Assembly (NCBI GenBank): GCA_964016885.1
Contig: OZ024741.1
Location: 215,760,001-215,824,000 of the forward strand
DNA: 64,000 bases
Reading direction: 5' to 3'
DNA from: Eledone cirrhosa
Taxonomy: Eukaryota
The notes below the pieces were generated by a model, which saw only the letters and a program-made list of their open reading frames with translations, had not been told where the DNA came from and did not search any database. Positions 43,670 through 57,179 of the stretch are shown in pieces; the stretch's first letter is position 1; each line of letters begins with the position of its first letter. The translations under genes were made by a program, and so were the position numbers.

Positions 43670-44655
43670 GGGTGTGGTGTGGTGTCATATACTGTGGTGT
43701 AGTGTGGTGTGGTGTCATATAGTGTGGTGTAGTGTGGTGTGGTGTATTGTGGTGTGGTGTCATGTAGTGTGGTGTGGTATGGTGAAGTGTGGTGTGGTAT
43801 GGTGTCATATACTGTGGTGTAGTGTGGTGTGGTATCATATAGTGTGGTGTTGTGTGGTGTGGTGTCATATAGTGTAGTGTGGTGTGGTGTATTGTGGTGT
43901 GGTGTCATGTAGTGTGGTGTGGTATGGTGAAGTGTCGTGTGGTGTGGTGTCATATAGTGTGGTGTAGTGTGGTGTGGTGTCATATAGTGTGGTGTAGTGT
44001 GGTGTGGTATCATATAGTGTGGTATTGTGTGGTGTGGTGTCATATAGTGTAGTGTGGTGTATTGTGGTGTGGTGTCATGTAGTGTGGTGTGGTATGGTGA
44101 AGTGTGGTGTATTATGGTAAGGTGCGGTGTGGTGTGGTGTTGTTTATTGTGGTGTGGTGTATTGTGGTGTAGTGTGGTGTGGTGTATTGTGGTGTGGTGT
44201 CATGTAGTGTGGTGTGGTGTCATGTAGAGTGGTGTGGTGTCATGTAGTGTGGTGTGGTGTGCTGTATTGTAGTGTGGTGTGGTGTATTGTGGTGTGGTGT
44301 CATGTAGTCTGATGATCTGTATTGTGGTGTGGTATGGTGTAGTGTTGTATGGTGTATTGTTATGCAGTGTGGTGCGGTGCCATATAATGTATTGTGGTAT
44401 ATTGTGGAGTGGTGTCATGTAGAGTGGTGTGGTGTCGTGTAGTGTGGTGTGGTGTGCTGTATTGTAGTGTGGTGTGGTGTATTGTGGTGTGGTGTTATGT
44501 AGTGTGGTGATGTGTATTGTGGTGTGGTATGGTGTAGTGTTGTATGGTGTATTGTTATGCAGTGTGGTGTGGTGTCATATAATGTATTGTGGTATATTGT
44601 GGAGTGGTGTCATGTAGTGTGGCGTCATGTAGTGTGGTGTGGTATGGTGTAGTTT
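43670..44655. repeat. (GTGGT)n-derived satellite with 25-bp higher periodicity
   Basis: gtggtgtggtgtcatatagtgtggtgta variants. A short relative is at about 56475-56585. Confidence 0.92.
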
Positions 44656-45249
44656 CCATGTCTGAAGGACATTCGAGATTTAGGTATTATAAAAGCAAAC
44701 ATATTTACTACAGTCATGAGATTTTTATTGCTCTTCCTTGTCAATGTGTTACGTTGAAGGACATAAGCCTATTGTAAGCCTGTTGGATTAAATAAACAGC
44801 ATTACAGTGGAGGAGAAGGAAGCGATTGTGAGGGAGGAAGGATTAAATGTCTTTCTTGTGTCAGGAAATTCTGCATCAGAATTCGTTGGTCGTCGTTTAT
44901 AGAATGTGTTGGTCAATTGTCCGTTGTTAAATGAGTATTAAAGAAGACAAACTTGTTGGCCGGGAAACCAGAAACAGTTGACTAAGTCCGTAAATCCGTC
45001 ACGTAAGGACAGAATATAAAAGCCTGGACACCAGTTTTCTGTTCTTTTTTGTTGTCCATGATATATATATATATATATATATATATAAATGTATATATAT
45101 GTATATATATGTATATATATATATACATATATAAATATATATGTGTGTGTCCTTATATTTCTCGCTCTTCCCCTTCTCTCTCTCTCTCTCTTTCTCTCTT
45201 TCTCTCTCTCTTATATATATATATATAATATATATATATAAATAATGTA

Positions 45250-45280
<31 letters not shown>

Positions 45281-45737
45281 TTATATATATATATATATAT
45301 TAGTAAAAAGGAAAAGAAAATGATGACAAATTTTTCCCAGTGAAAAATAGTTTAATTAGGTATAAGTATAAATTAGTAATAAGTATTAGTTAGTATTCAG
45401 TTTTAGTTTTAAGTTTTTACCGGTGGCGCATTTCTTATGCTTTTCAAAAATAATTTTGAGATAGAGGGCTCGTGATGTTTGCTCTAATCTGATCGGTTTT
45501 GGAAACTCTTCCTGTTTTATGTGAAAAAAGTGGCTTGGAAAGTATTAAGATTTGGTTGGTTGTTTAATGTCACGTGAATAAGCACTATAAAATTCGCGCC
45601 AATTCGTGTTGCAAAAATTATTGTAGTCAAAACAATTTTGATTGGTCGGTAGAAGCCACGTGAATATTTAAATTGATTTTAGGGCGAACTGGTTTCGCGC
45701 CAAATATGTAGGTTTTTCGAACTGTGTCCTTTTATAT

Positions 45738-45774
<37 letters not shown>

Positions 45775-45861
45775 GTAGGTCCCGGGTTGAGTCGGGGATA
45801 ACCACAGTAAGTAAGGTACTCAATACATGGCAGAGTAAACATTTTTTTATTTTATAGAAGG

Positions 45862-45912
45862 AGCTTCTACAGGACTAGTACTGTTTCATTCAGATGAAAT
45901 CTTCAGGAAGCT
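45862..45912 (-). ncRNA. Compact type I hammerhead ribozyme
   Basis: AGCUUC-CUGAAGA-uUUCaucuGAAu-GAAA-CAG uacuaguc CUG-UA/GAAGCU, with a perfect 6-bp stem I and a GUA triplet. Confidence 0.85.
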
Positions 45913-46168
45913 GGGTGTCATATTAAGTTCTGGAATAAAGACAAAGCATATATATATATATATATAATACATATACAGATGGATGTAGAGAGAAGGAAGA
46001 GAGAGAGAGAGTAGATGGCAGACAGTTAGGTATATAGATAGATAAAGTTATCATATACTTGAATTATGAGGTTTCCTTTCGAACCGTATTTATATGACTT
46101 GCACTTATGACTACGTACGACATACATGTATAACTGTGTCTATGTCTTTGTGTGCGTGTATATAATGA

Positions 46169-46224
<56 letters not shown>

Positions 46225-46253
46225 GTGGGGGGGGTATGTGTGTGGGTGGGTGT

Positions 46254-46297
<44 letters not shown>

Positions 46298-46302
46298 GTG
46301 CG

Positions 46303-46335
<33 letters not shown>

Positions 46336-46344
46336 ATACAGTGA

Positions 46345-46980
46345 ATGTCGGAGCATTGAGAGTATCATCCACCAACGGCGTTTGCGATGGACCGGACACC
46401 TCTGCAGAATGGAGGATGATCGAATCCCAAAACAACTCTTGTATGGCGAGCTTTGTGACGGTAAGAGACAACCTCACAAACCAAAGCTCCCATTCAAGGA
46501 CTGTGTAAAGGACACATTGAAAAAAGCTGGTTTGGTGATGGCTGGCTGGGAGATAGAAGCTCTTGAAAGAGAGACTTGGCGTGGAATGGTGAATGATGGG
46601 GTGCATAATTTTGAGGACAGACGCATAGAGAACGAGAAGATCAAACGGGATGTGCGTAAGCAATGCCCTGCTGTATCTCCCGAATAGATCGGTGTCTCCA
46701 TTGAATTGAAGTGCCCTCAGTGTGGAAAAATTTGCTTCAGCAAATCTGGTCTCAGGAGCCACAGTCGCAGCCATGTTCAACGAGAACCAGTGAACGGTGA
46801 TCTCCACGGTATTGTGAGGATTCATAGGCAACCTGATGCAACACCCCAGAGCAGGGAGATCCATAGTTGTCGTCAGTGTGTTTGAGTGAGTGCAAGTCTC
46901 AAGCGGGCTTGAAAAGCCACATCCGAGCGTCACACATCTGACAAGCGATTGCAATACTGTTAGCAGAGTTTGCAGCCATC
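46345..46980 (+). mobile_element. RTE (BovB-like) LINE 3' fragment with two C-terminal C2H2 fingers
   Basis: RRLRWTGHLCRMEDDRIPKQLLYGEL...FKDCVK...WEIEALERETWR. After a stop: CPQCGKICFSKSGLRSHSRSH, then a frameshifted CRQC..CKSQAGLKSHIRASH. Confidence 0.9.
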
Positions 46981-47084
46981 ATCTATATATATATATATAT
47001 ATTATATACACGCACACAAAGACATAGACACACACATAAATCTAAGTCGTACGTAGTTATGAATATGTATGTACATATATATAT

Positions 47085-47124
<40 letters not shown>

Positions 47125-47185
47125 GAGGGTATGTTATATATGTACATACATATATAAATGTATATATATATACGTAAATAAATAA

Positions 47186-47220
<35 letters not shown>

Positions 47221-47307
47221 CAAAGAGATATTTAATTTGTTGGCTATTCAACAAATTTATTTATAACAGATTCGAAGCACTCTACAGTATTTCTTCTGGA
47301 GTATAAT

Positions 47308-47462
47308 GTCAATGATATTAATAACTGGAAACTATCTTTGTAAAACCATATTTATTTTATTATATATATTTCAAGGGTACCAAAATGTTGGTACCCTTGA
47401 AATATATATAATAAAATAAATATGGTTTTATAAAGATAGTTTCCATTTATTAATATCATTGA
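47308..47462. repeat. Palindrome (about 75-bp arms) centred on a hammerhead stem II
   Basis: AAGGGTACCAA-aatg-TTGGTACCCTT-GAAA-TATATA-TA-ATAAAATAAATATGGTTTT. The right arm matches the 3' half of the HHR at 49131. Confidence 0.9.
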
Positions 47463-47472
47463 TATATATATA

Positions 47473-48275
47473 TGGTCGGAGTTTCGCTTAAGGCTTACTC
47501 TGTTTATGTATTGAATATATACTCTTGGGTGGCCTGATATGATTTCCAGATATAAGGTATGACTCTCTTTATTATTATTATTTTTTATATGAAATACTGA
47601 TTGATCTTCCTTGTATCCCATGTCTGATTTAGCCTTAGAGAATGGCTATGTGTGTATATAGGTGATCCATACACGTATTTATGTTTTAATATCTCTGTGT
47701 GTGCATCGGTTGTGTATACATATGGTTATTCTTTTAATATCCAATTGAGTTCTTATACACGTGGTTAATACCTAACAGGTTTAAATGACCAGCGTGTATA
47801 TTGTTTTATTTTAAGATGACCTGCCTTTACCCTTTTGGGTACAGCGTGTATTTTATCTTTGGGAGGACTGCTGGATTTTCTAATCTACCAGTCTCTTCTT
47901 AGCGCTGAGGGAGACCATCACCATTCTGTTAATGTCGATATAATTCTTATATCGATATTACTTGGGCATCCACTGATGAGTTTATAAGAGCCCGCTTGTG
48001 TATAAAACTATGGGTTATATACAAGTTTCTACATAACCTGGAAATTATTTATCCCAAATTGTAGAAATCTTATAACGAAACGGCCGTCTGGAAGGAAAGA
48101 GATATTTATTTAATAATATCTCATATAAAATAATACAACCAGCTATCCACGAAATACTGATTAGTTAGCACCCCAAACACTAAATTGGGATAATACTTAG
48201 GTATATCCTAATGTTTGTTGAGTGAGATGGAGTTGGTCGGAGTATCGCTTAAGGCTTTCTCTGTTTATGTATTGA

Positions 48276-48277
<2 letters not shown>
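47473..48277 (+). mobile_element. Terminally redundant 761-bp non-coding unit carrying a hammerhead
   Basis: A 44-bp direct repeat tggtcggagtWtcgcttaaggcttWctctgtttatgtattgaat at 47473 and 48234. Bounded by (TA)n. Confidence 0.75.
47969..48092 (+). ncRNA. Type I hammerhead with a branched stem II
   Basis: UCCA-CUGAUGA-GUUUAUAAGA-[CUUGUGUAUAA/UUAUAUACAAG hairpin][UUUCUACA/UGUAGAAA hairpin]-UCUUAUAAC-GAAA-CggccG-UC/UGGA. Confidence 0.85.
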
Positions 48278-48322
<45 letters not shown>

Positions 48323-48619
48323 ACTAGAAATAGATTGACATATATATATATATATAAAATAAATATATGGAACAATCACAGGGAATAATTTGTAAAGTAT
48401 GTAATATGAAATGCTCGGATATATTCATTGGAATCTTTGAGCTTATTCTGCAGTGGATATGGCGCATGTCTCTCAGATATGACAACCCTTAATTTTATTT
48501 TGGATATATATATATATATATATATACTATATATATACTATATATGTATTAGATATTAATTATTAAAAAACAATGAAAATAATAACAAAGTCAAGTTATT
48601 TTACCTATTCATATCATTG

Positions 48620-48738
48620 CTTTACGATCGTTTCGAAGGGTTGATCAAATTGACATATTGACTGATCTATAGTATTTCTATAACTGTATACTATCAGACA
48701 CCATATATATGTTCGATCAGACCATCTTCTTCGGAAAG
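48620..48738 (-). ncRNA. Degenerate hammerhead-like motif with a long stem II
   Basis: UUU-CCGAAGA-agaUGGUcUGAUCGAA...UUUGAUCAACCcuuc-GAAA-CgaucG-UA/AAG. Confidence 0.5.
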
Positions 48739-48745
48739 AAAGTAC

Positions 48746-48829
<84 letters not shown>

Positions 48830-49004
48830 GTAAATACATTATATATGTACATACACATACAAATGTATATGTATATATATGTATATATATATATATATAC
48901 ATATATATACATTTATATACATGTATAGATATATATATATATATTATATGTTTATATACATATACAAACGTATTTATATAAACACACATAAACAAACACA
49001 CACA

Positions 49005-49049
<45 letters not shown>

Positions 49050-49130
49050 ATGCATAGGTTATATTTAATTTGTTGGGATTCAACAAGCTTTTTCCGGGTA
49101 TGGCAATATTTATTTATAAAACAAATCTGT

Positions 49131-49194
49131 ATTTTATCTGATGAAAGCGCACCATAATTTGCCTTGGTTGCCCTTGAAATATATATAATAAAAT
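49131..49194 (+). ncRNA. Type I hammerhead ribozyme
   Basis: AUUUUAU-CUGAUGA-AAGcGCACCA...UGGuUGCcCUU-GAAA-UauauA-UA/AUAAAAU, with a 7-bp stem I. Confidence 0.85.
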
Positions 49195-49235
49195 AAATAT
49201 GGTTTTATTAATATAGATTCCATTTATTAATATAT

Positions 49236-49274
<39 letters not shown>

Positions 49275-49280
<6 letters not shown>

Positions 49281-49577
49281 ATACTTCGGGAGGGTCATGT
49301 TGCCAATAAGAACCACACGCACCAGTTGATTTCACTTCAATTTATTATAATCAATTCATAAATTTAGGAATTTATAAATTTCCGGTTGGTTGGTTGGTTC
49401 CACAACCAGATGGTTGTTTATATATTGTCAAAACTTCTTTCGTCACACATTCTGTTACCTCTTCTGGGGATTCTTTTCTTTGTTTTTTGTGCCTCTCCTT
49501 TGTTCTGTCCTACGCCATTTTGTTTCTGTGTGTCTGTTGTGTGCTCAGTCTGCGCATGCGCCACATCCGGGTGTCTG
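49275..49577 (-). mobile_element. Partial Penelope pseudo-LTR in tandem with the 49.85-52 kb copy
   Basis: Matches 9825-10127. The HHR core is broken by a 6-bp deletion. Confidence 0.9.
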
Positions 49578-49587
49578 ACACATACAA

Positions 49588-49647
<60 letters not shown>

Positions 49648-49846
49648 GTAATAGGAATAAGTTTAACCACGACGGCAGAGTTCAAACCATTTCGAAACGG
49701 CTTGAGCTCTGCCGTCGGGGTTAAACTTGTTCCTATTACCCACTCTACTTCCCTAAGTGTTGAGTACACTGGTATGTTATGGTCCATCTAGTTCCTTAAC
49801 ACACTTCCTTCGTTATATATATATATATATATATATATAAATATAA

Positions 49847-51985
49847 ATTTCGTTTCTGAATTTGTTTAGCAAGATTCTTTATCTGAAAACGTGTGTTGAA
49901 AACGATATTGTTGTACTTTGGGTCATGTTGCCAATAAGAAACACACGCACCAGTTGCTTTCACTTCAATTTATTATAAATTAAATTTATAAATTTAGGAA
50001 TTTATAAATTTCCGGTTGGTTGGTTCCACAACCAGACGATTGTTCATATATTGTCAAAGTTCTTTCGTCACACATTCTGTGACCTCTTCTGGGAATTCTT
50101 TTCTTTGTTTTTTGTGCCTCTCCTTTGTTCTGTCCTACGCCATTTTGTTTCTGTGTGTGTGTTGTGTGCTCAGTCTGCGCATGTGCCACATCCGGGTGTC
50201 TGTGTGTGTTTATATTCGTTTATATATTTGTTTATTTACATGTTACAGGTTGGTTGTTTGTTCTATGTGCGTGTGTGTTTTCATTTTGTCCTTAATTGTA
50301 ATGTTGCTGTTCTACTCATGTTTTCTATTTAATTTTGGTTGTAATTCTTTTATGTTTATTGCCTCTGTGATTTGTCTAAACATTGCGTCTTTTCTGTGTG
50401 TAGATTCTATTTTTATTTCTATGTTCTCTAATTTACCCTTATGTTCTATTTTAGCATGTTGGTAGAGTACAGATGATTCTTTATTATCTTGAAGGTCTCG
50501 CCAGTGTTCATTTATCCGTTCCCCTACACTACGAGCTGTCTCACCTATGTACATTATATTTTTGTCTCTACATTGTCCTTCAGTACATCTTATGCTATAT
50601 ACTACATTTCTAGTTTTACAGTTAATATGGGGGCTTAATTTACAGGTTATACATTTCTTATCTATACAGGGGTGTCTTTGAAAAGGGTATGTCTTGCTAA
50701 TAAGTGTTTTTACGGAGGTACCTGGTCTTTCTACTATCTTAATATTGAGTTTATGTTTATCTAGGGCCCTTCTAAATTTGTAAGCTAATTCACCTCTAGG
50801 GGTTGTATCGATGAACATTACACTCTGGTATTTATTGCTATCATACCATGAGTTTATTCTATTAGCCTTATTCCTAGTTCTTTCTATTCTATTCCAAAAT
50901 TTGCTCCTATACAAGGGGCAGGTCCCATTTATGTCATTATTTACCATGTTTTCCCATTTGGTTCTGGCTCCTCTATAAACTCTGATTGTATCTCTCTGAT
51001 TGTAACCAGAGAACTGCATACGGTGGATGAAGTATTGTATGTGTCTCTCTAGTTCTTCGGGGTTGCACATGCGGGACACATTTCTCATCACCCGTACCAA
51101 ATCCGCAATCAGTATGTTGATTTTGGTATGGTCCGAGTTTCGGTGGATCAGATATTTGGAAGTCATGGGTTTCGCATAATGGGAATTAAGGATTTGTTTT
51201 TTGTTATTAATGGTATCTAACCAGAGCTCTGGTCTAGTACAGGTAATCGATGGTTGGGGTGTTTACTTGGGTAGTCTATAGTAACTCTAATACTCTGGTG
51301 GATGGAGTTAGCTATTTGCTGGATGCTTTCCATTGTGTTTTTCTCTAATTCCTAACTGTTCTCTAGTGGGGGTGTTTTAACTACGATGTTTAATCATCAA
51401 CGTAGCGGGAGTACATTATCAGGGTTAAGGGGTCTTCTAATTGTTCTTTAAGTTTAAGTTTAAGTCTACTGTCCCACCATACTATGAATAAGTTAGCTAT
51501 GTCGCCTGCAATGCTAACACCAATGGCTGCTCCTTCCTCTTGGGCATATGTTTTTCCATTAAATTTGAACATATGTTACTTAAGGGTTAATTTTATGCTG
51601 GCCCCCACCGCATGTGCAATCATTTTCTTTAGTTCATCGTGGTTTTTGGGTGTCCGTATGGCTCTGGTCCACCCGTTCCATCTATCTGTATGGGTTTTCT
51701 TAGCCATTGAGGTAATGGTAGGTGATCGGCCTCTTGCTGGTCTTGTAGGGCACAGGTTGCTAAGGTCATATGTGTCTAGGTAATTATTACTATAGGTAAG
51801 TTTAAGTAGGAGTCCCAGCTCACTGGTATCAATCCCACGGAACTCAACATTGCTCTCACTGATCATTTCTACGCATTTCTCCACAGCAAAATCCACGTTA
51901 ATAGATGGATACAGGGACACAACATCCATACTACCTATTATGCAGTTTGTTAGGTCCCTAGATCGGTTACTCTCGCCGATTCTGC
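49847..51985 (-). mobile_element. Longest Penelope-like copy (RT from the GSMDVVSLYPSI motif to GIY-YIG and pLTR), disrupted
   Basis: ORFs 51576-52040, 51390-51572 and 50312-51166 with stops and frameshifts. Both ends lie in (TA)n. Confidence 0.95.
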
Positions 51986-52050
51986 TATATATATATAATA
52001 TATATATATATATATAGTTAAAAGAATAGAGGTGTAACACACAAGTTATT

Positions 52051-52765
<715 letters not shown>

Positions 52766-52822
52766 TTGATATATATTATATATAAGTTGATATATTATAT
52801 ATAAGTTGATATATTATATTTA

Positions 52823-53055
52823 AGTTGATAACTTCTTTTATGTTCAAGATATATTTTAGTATTTCTTCATTCCAACACTTTTCCCTATATTTAATATATA
52901 TTATTTTGCTCCCGTTTCTTCAATACTTATTACAATATAGAAATTTAACTATGTCAAAATATACTTTAACGTTAAACATGGCGACGTATTGCATTGTAGT
53001 TATATACACGTTCCAGCTACATCTTATGGATGTATATATATATATCTATATACAT

Positions 53056-53094
<39 letters not shown>

Positions 53095-53325
53095 TATAGA
53101 TATATATATATATACATCCATAAGATGTACCTGGAACGTGTATATAACTACAATGCAATACGTCGCCATGTTTAACGTTAAAGAATATTTTGACATAGTT
53201 AAATTTCTATATTGTAATAAGTATTGAAGAAACGGGAGCAAAATAATATATATTAAATAGAGGGAAAAGTGTTGGAATGAAGAAATACTAAAATATATCT
53301 TGAACATAAAAGAAGTTATCAACTT
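52823..53325. repeat. Palindrome, about 215-bp arms around a (TA)n spacer
   Basis: ORFs 52825+ and 53017- translate to nearly the same peptide. Confidence 0.95.
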
Positions 53326-53747
53326 TTTAATCAATACTATGATAAGTAGTATCATGTGTGAGCAACTTCTTTTAAAACTGCTAGATGTAGCCTCTGAGGA
53401 ATAAACTAGACGAGATTATAGATGTAATTATTGGCATTCGAGAATTAGTCTTTTTGATGTGTGTATATATGTATGTTTGTGTATATAGGTAGGTATGTGC
53501 GTGTGTGTGTGTGTGTTTGTGTGTATATATGTATGTATGTTTGTATGTAGGTAGGTATGTGCGTTTGTGTTTGTGTGTATGTGTGTGTGTATATATGTAT
53601 GTATATATGTATGTATGTATGTACGAATGTATGTATGTTTGTATGTTTGCATGCTATGTTTGTGTATATGTGTACTTGTATTTGTATTTATACTTTATAC
53701 GTGCATATGTACATATACATGGAAATATATATATATATATATATACC

Positions 53748-53782
<35 letters not shown>

Positions 53783-53930
53783 CTATATATATGTGTGTTT
53801 GTTAGTGTGGGTGTGTGGGTGTTGGTGTGTGTATATGCCACACTCCCTTTCATACGCACATAGATAGATATATATGCACACCCATACATACTCATGCATA
53901 CAGGCACACACACACACATACATATATATA

Positions 53931-54004
<74 letters not shown>

Positions 54005-54261
54005 CACATACAATTTCGCACCAAACTTGCTATAGAATTAAATTCTACTAAACGCCATTCTTCTAAAACATTGATCTGTTTATCACCGAGAATTGCTATG
54101 GAATTGGTTGTCTTTGTACGACAGAAAATTACCAAGTTTTAGCCCCAAAGAATATTCAGTGTTAATTGAAACCACTTATTGACGAAGACACAAGATGCCA
54201 TAAACATACAAGAATCCACTTTCACCTACATACATCTTTTCACACATATATTCACCACATA

Positions 54262-54430
54262 TATTCACATACATGTGTATACACCTCCATACACCTTCTC
54301 ACACATACATCTGTATACACCTCCATACGCCTTCTCACACATACATTCTCCACATATATTCACACACATACATGTGTATACACCTCCATACACCTGCTCA
54401 CACATACATGTGTATACACCTACATACACC
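54262..54430. repeat. Short degenerate minisatellite (about 33-36 bp)
   Basis: cacatacatgtgtatacacctccatacacc repeated about four times. Confidence 0.7.
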
Positions 54431-54544
54431 AGTCTACATACACCACCGTATTCCCCATATACCTCATACATAAACTTACACATATTATCATACAAATGTA
54501 CTTTAAATTATATATATAGATAGATAGATAATATATTATATATG

Positions 54545-54665
<121 letters not shown>

Positions 54666-54675
54666 TCTAAGGCGG

Positions 54676-54731
<56 letters not shown>

Positions 54732-54735
<4 letters not shown>

Positions 54736-54938
54736 CGAAAGAAATGTGGTAAGGAACCAGGTGGACCATAACGCACCAAAGTACTCAATACTTAGGGTAG
54801 TAGAGTGGGTAATAGGAACAAGTAAGACCCCGACGGCTGAGCTCAAGCCATTTCGACGGCTAATTCTGGACTCTGAATTCTGAGTCCAGAATTAGCCGTC
54901 GAAACGGCTTGAGCTCAGCCTTCGGGGTCTTACTTGTT

Positions 54939-54944
<6 letters not shown>
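54732..54944 (-). mobile_element. Palindromic half-hammerhead element with full tail
   Basis: Arms 54812-54944 with loop TGAATTCT. Same family as 27541-27747. Confidence 0.85.
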
Positions 54945-55028
<84 letters not shown>

Positions 55029-55070
55029 TTCTAGTGCGGGTATATATATATGTATATATACATATTTATG

Positions 55071-55103
<33 letters not shown>

Positions 55104-55180
55104 TCTAGGGCGGGTACATATATATGTATATATACATATTCTAGGGCGGGTATACATATATGTATATATACATATTTATG

Positions 55181-55213
<33 letters not shown>

Positions 55214-55344
55214 TATATATATATATATTATATACATATATTTACATATATTTATTTATATTATATATATATATACATATATATTTATATATATAGATAT
55301 ATGAGTGTGTGTGCCCATATATATTTTTTGCTTAGTATAGCAAT

Positions 55345-55455
55345 AATAATTGTTTCAACTTTTTGGCACAAGGCCAGCAATAAACCAGTGCATTAGTGGT
55401 ACTTTATTTTATCGACCCCGTAAGGGTGAAAGGCAAAGTTAACCTCGGCGGGATT
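55345..55455 (-). mobile_element. SINE 3' half
   Basis: Same family as 20.3 kb. attatagcaataata-like duplication at the flanks. Confidence 0.8.
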
Positions 55456-56795
55456 ATAGCAATAATAATGATTTCTAACATTGGCACACTTCTGCGAATT
55501 TTAAGGGTGAAAAATAATGGATTAGCTTGAGATCTACCAATAATATAACTGGTACTTATTGTATATACTAATAAAAACTATCATGGGCGAGTTTGATCAA
55601 AGTGAAATTTAATGACAGAAGCTTATGGGGCTTAACTCAATGCCGCTGTAGCTAAATACGTATAAATTGATAACTGAAAACACGACACACAAATACAGTC
55701 AGATTAACACACAAATCATTTCAAAATGGCGAATGTAATTTGGCAACCATTATTTATTTCCAGCATCTTATTAGCTGTTCCCCGATCAAGAGAGAGCAAG
55801 ACTTTTTTTTTCTTTTTTTTGCAAACCTTTAATTTTTTTTTCTTTATTTCACTAACAGTTTGAATAAAGTCATTTGCCTTCTAAAATGTAAGAATAAAAA
55901 AGAAGAAAATACTGCAAAAATAGAAAAGAAAATGTGATCTAAATCACACATCGTGTATATTACTTTATACAAGCCTGAACAGAGTGAGATATTATATATA
56001 TCTCGATAATGATAGAATGTTAACGAGAATCTTCCATTGGTAAGAATCATTTGCACTGACAATTCTAGTGGAATACATTGAAAACCATTTAAGCAAATAA
56101 TTAGAAATTCTATTCTCTTGTAAGTTGACTTCTCTGATAGATTTCGATATGTTATAACACAAGAAAGACACAGAATTGGCAGAGTCGGTAAGGCATCGGA
56201 TTAAATGTATCAGTATATATTCTGACTCAATACGGTTTCAGTTCAAATACAACTGAGATCAAACTTGCTTTTAAATTTTTCAGGGTCAATTAAAAAACAC
56301 TTCTAGTTGAGAGGAGGGGGATTAAATGCTCTACCATGTATTTTGAGTTCAAATCAAGTTTCCTGTTAGCATAAAATTAGGTAAGCGTAAAGGTGTGAGT
56401 TCTCTGATGGCTGAACTAGCACCAAGTGAGTCAAGCTGAGAGGTATGATTATAATATGTTGTCTGGAGGCTGATGGTGGGGTGTAGTGTGGTTTGGTGTG
56501 GTGTAGTGTGGTGTAGTGTGGTGTGGAATGGTGTGGTGTCGTGCAGTGTGGTATGGAGTTGTGTTGTGTGGTGTGGTGTGTTGTGTGATCAAACTTGCTT
56601 TAAAATCTTTCAGGTTCAATTAAAAATCACTTCTAATTGAGAGGAGGGGGGATTAAAAGCTCTACCATGTACTTTCAGTTCAAATCAAGTCTGCTGTTAG
56701 CATAACAATAGGCAAGCGTAAAGGTGTGAGTTCGAATCCTGCAGGTGCTAATGTCCATTTTCTTCCGTTAAGAGGGCTTATATGCCCTATCATTA

Positions 56796-56846
<51 letters not shown>

Positions 56847-57013
56847 TGTATGTATATGTATATATAAAATAAATAAAGTTTCTTACATTTACCATGGTAA
56901 GTGTATAAAAGTTTATTTATAGTAAATAAGCTCTCTTGCAATAGATTAAGCATTGTTTTCCGTGACCTTTTGTCTACAGATATCTTTTACACACACACAC
57001 ACTGACACACACG

Positions 57014-57104
<91 letters not shown>

Positions 57105-57179
57105 ATGTGCGCGTGTACCTCTCTGTATATGTCCATGTTTGTATTTACGTTTAGTGTTTGCTTATGTACTTTGAAGACA

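Noticed and set aside
43515-44418. His/Thr/Pro-rich repeat protein ORFs
   Set aside because: Translations of the (GTGGT)n satellite.
46064-46954. 296-aa minus-strand ORF
   Set aside because: Antisense shadow of the RTE fragment plus microsatellite.
47250-47305. Further hammerhead-like remnants (also about 17780-17845 and 38800-38880)
   Set aside because: Too many core or stem mismatches to distinguish from chance in AT-rich DNA.
56690-56752. tRNA gene (GTTCGAATCC B box)
   Set aside because: No cloverleaf or acceptor stem. It is a decayed SINE head within a local duplication (about 56255-56400 versus 56585-56730).
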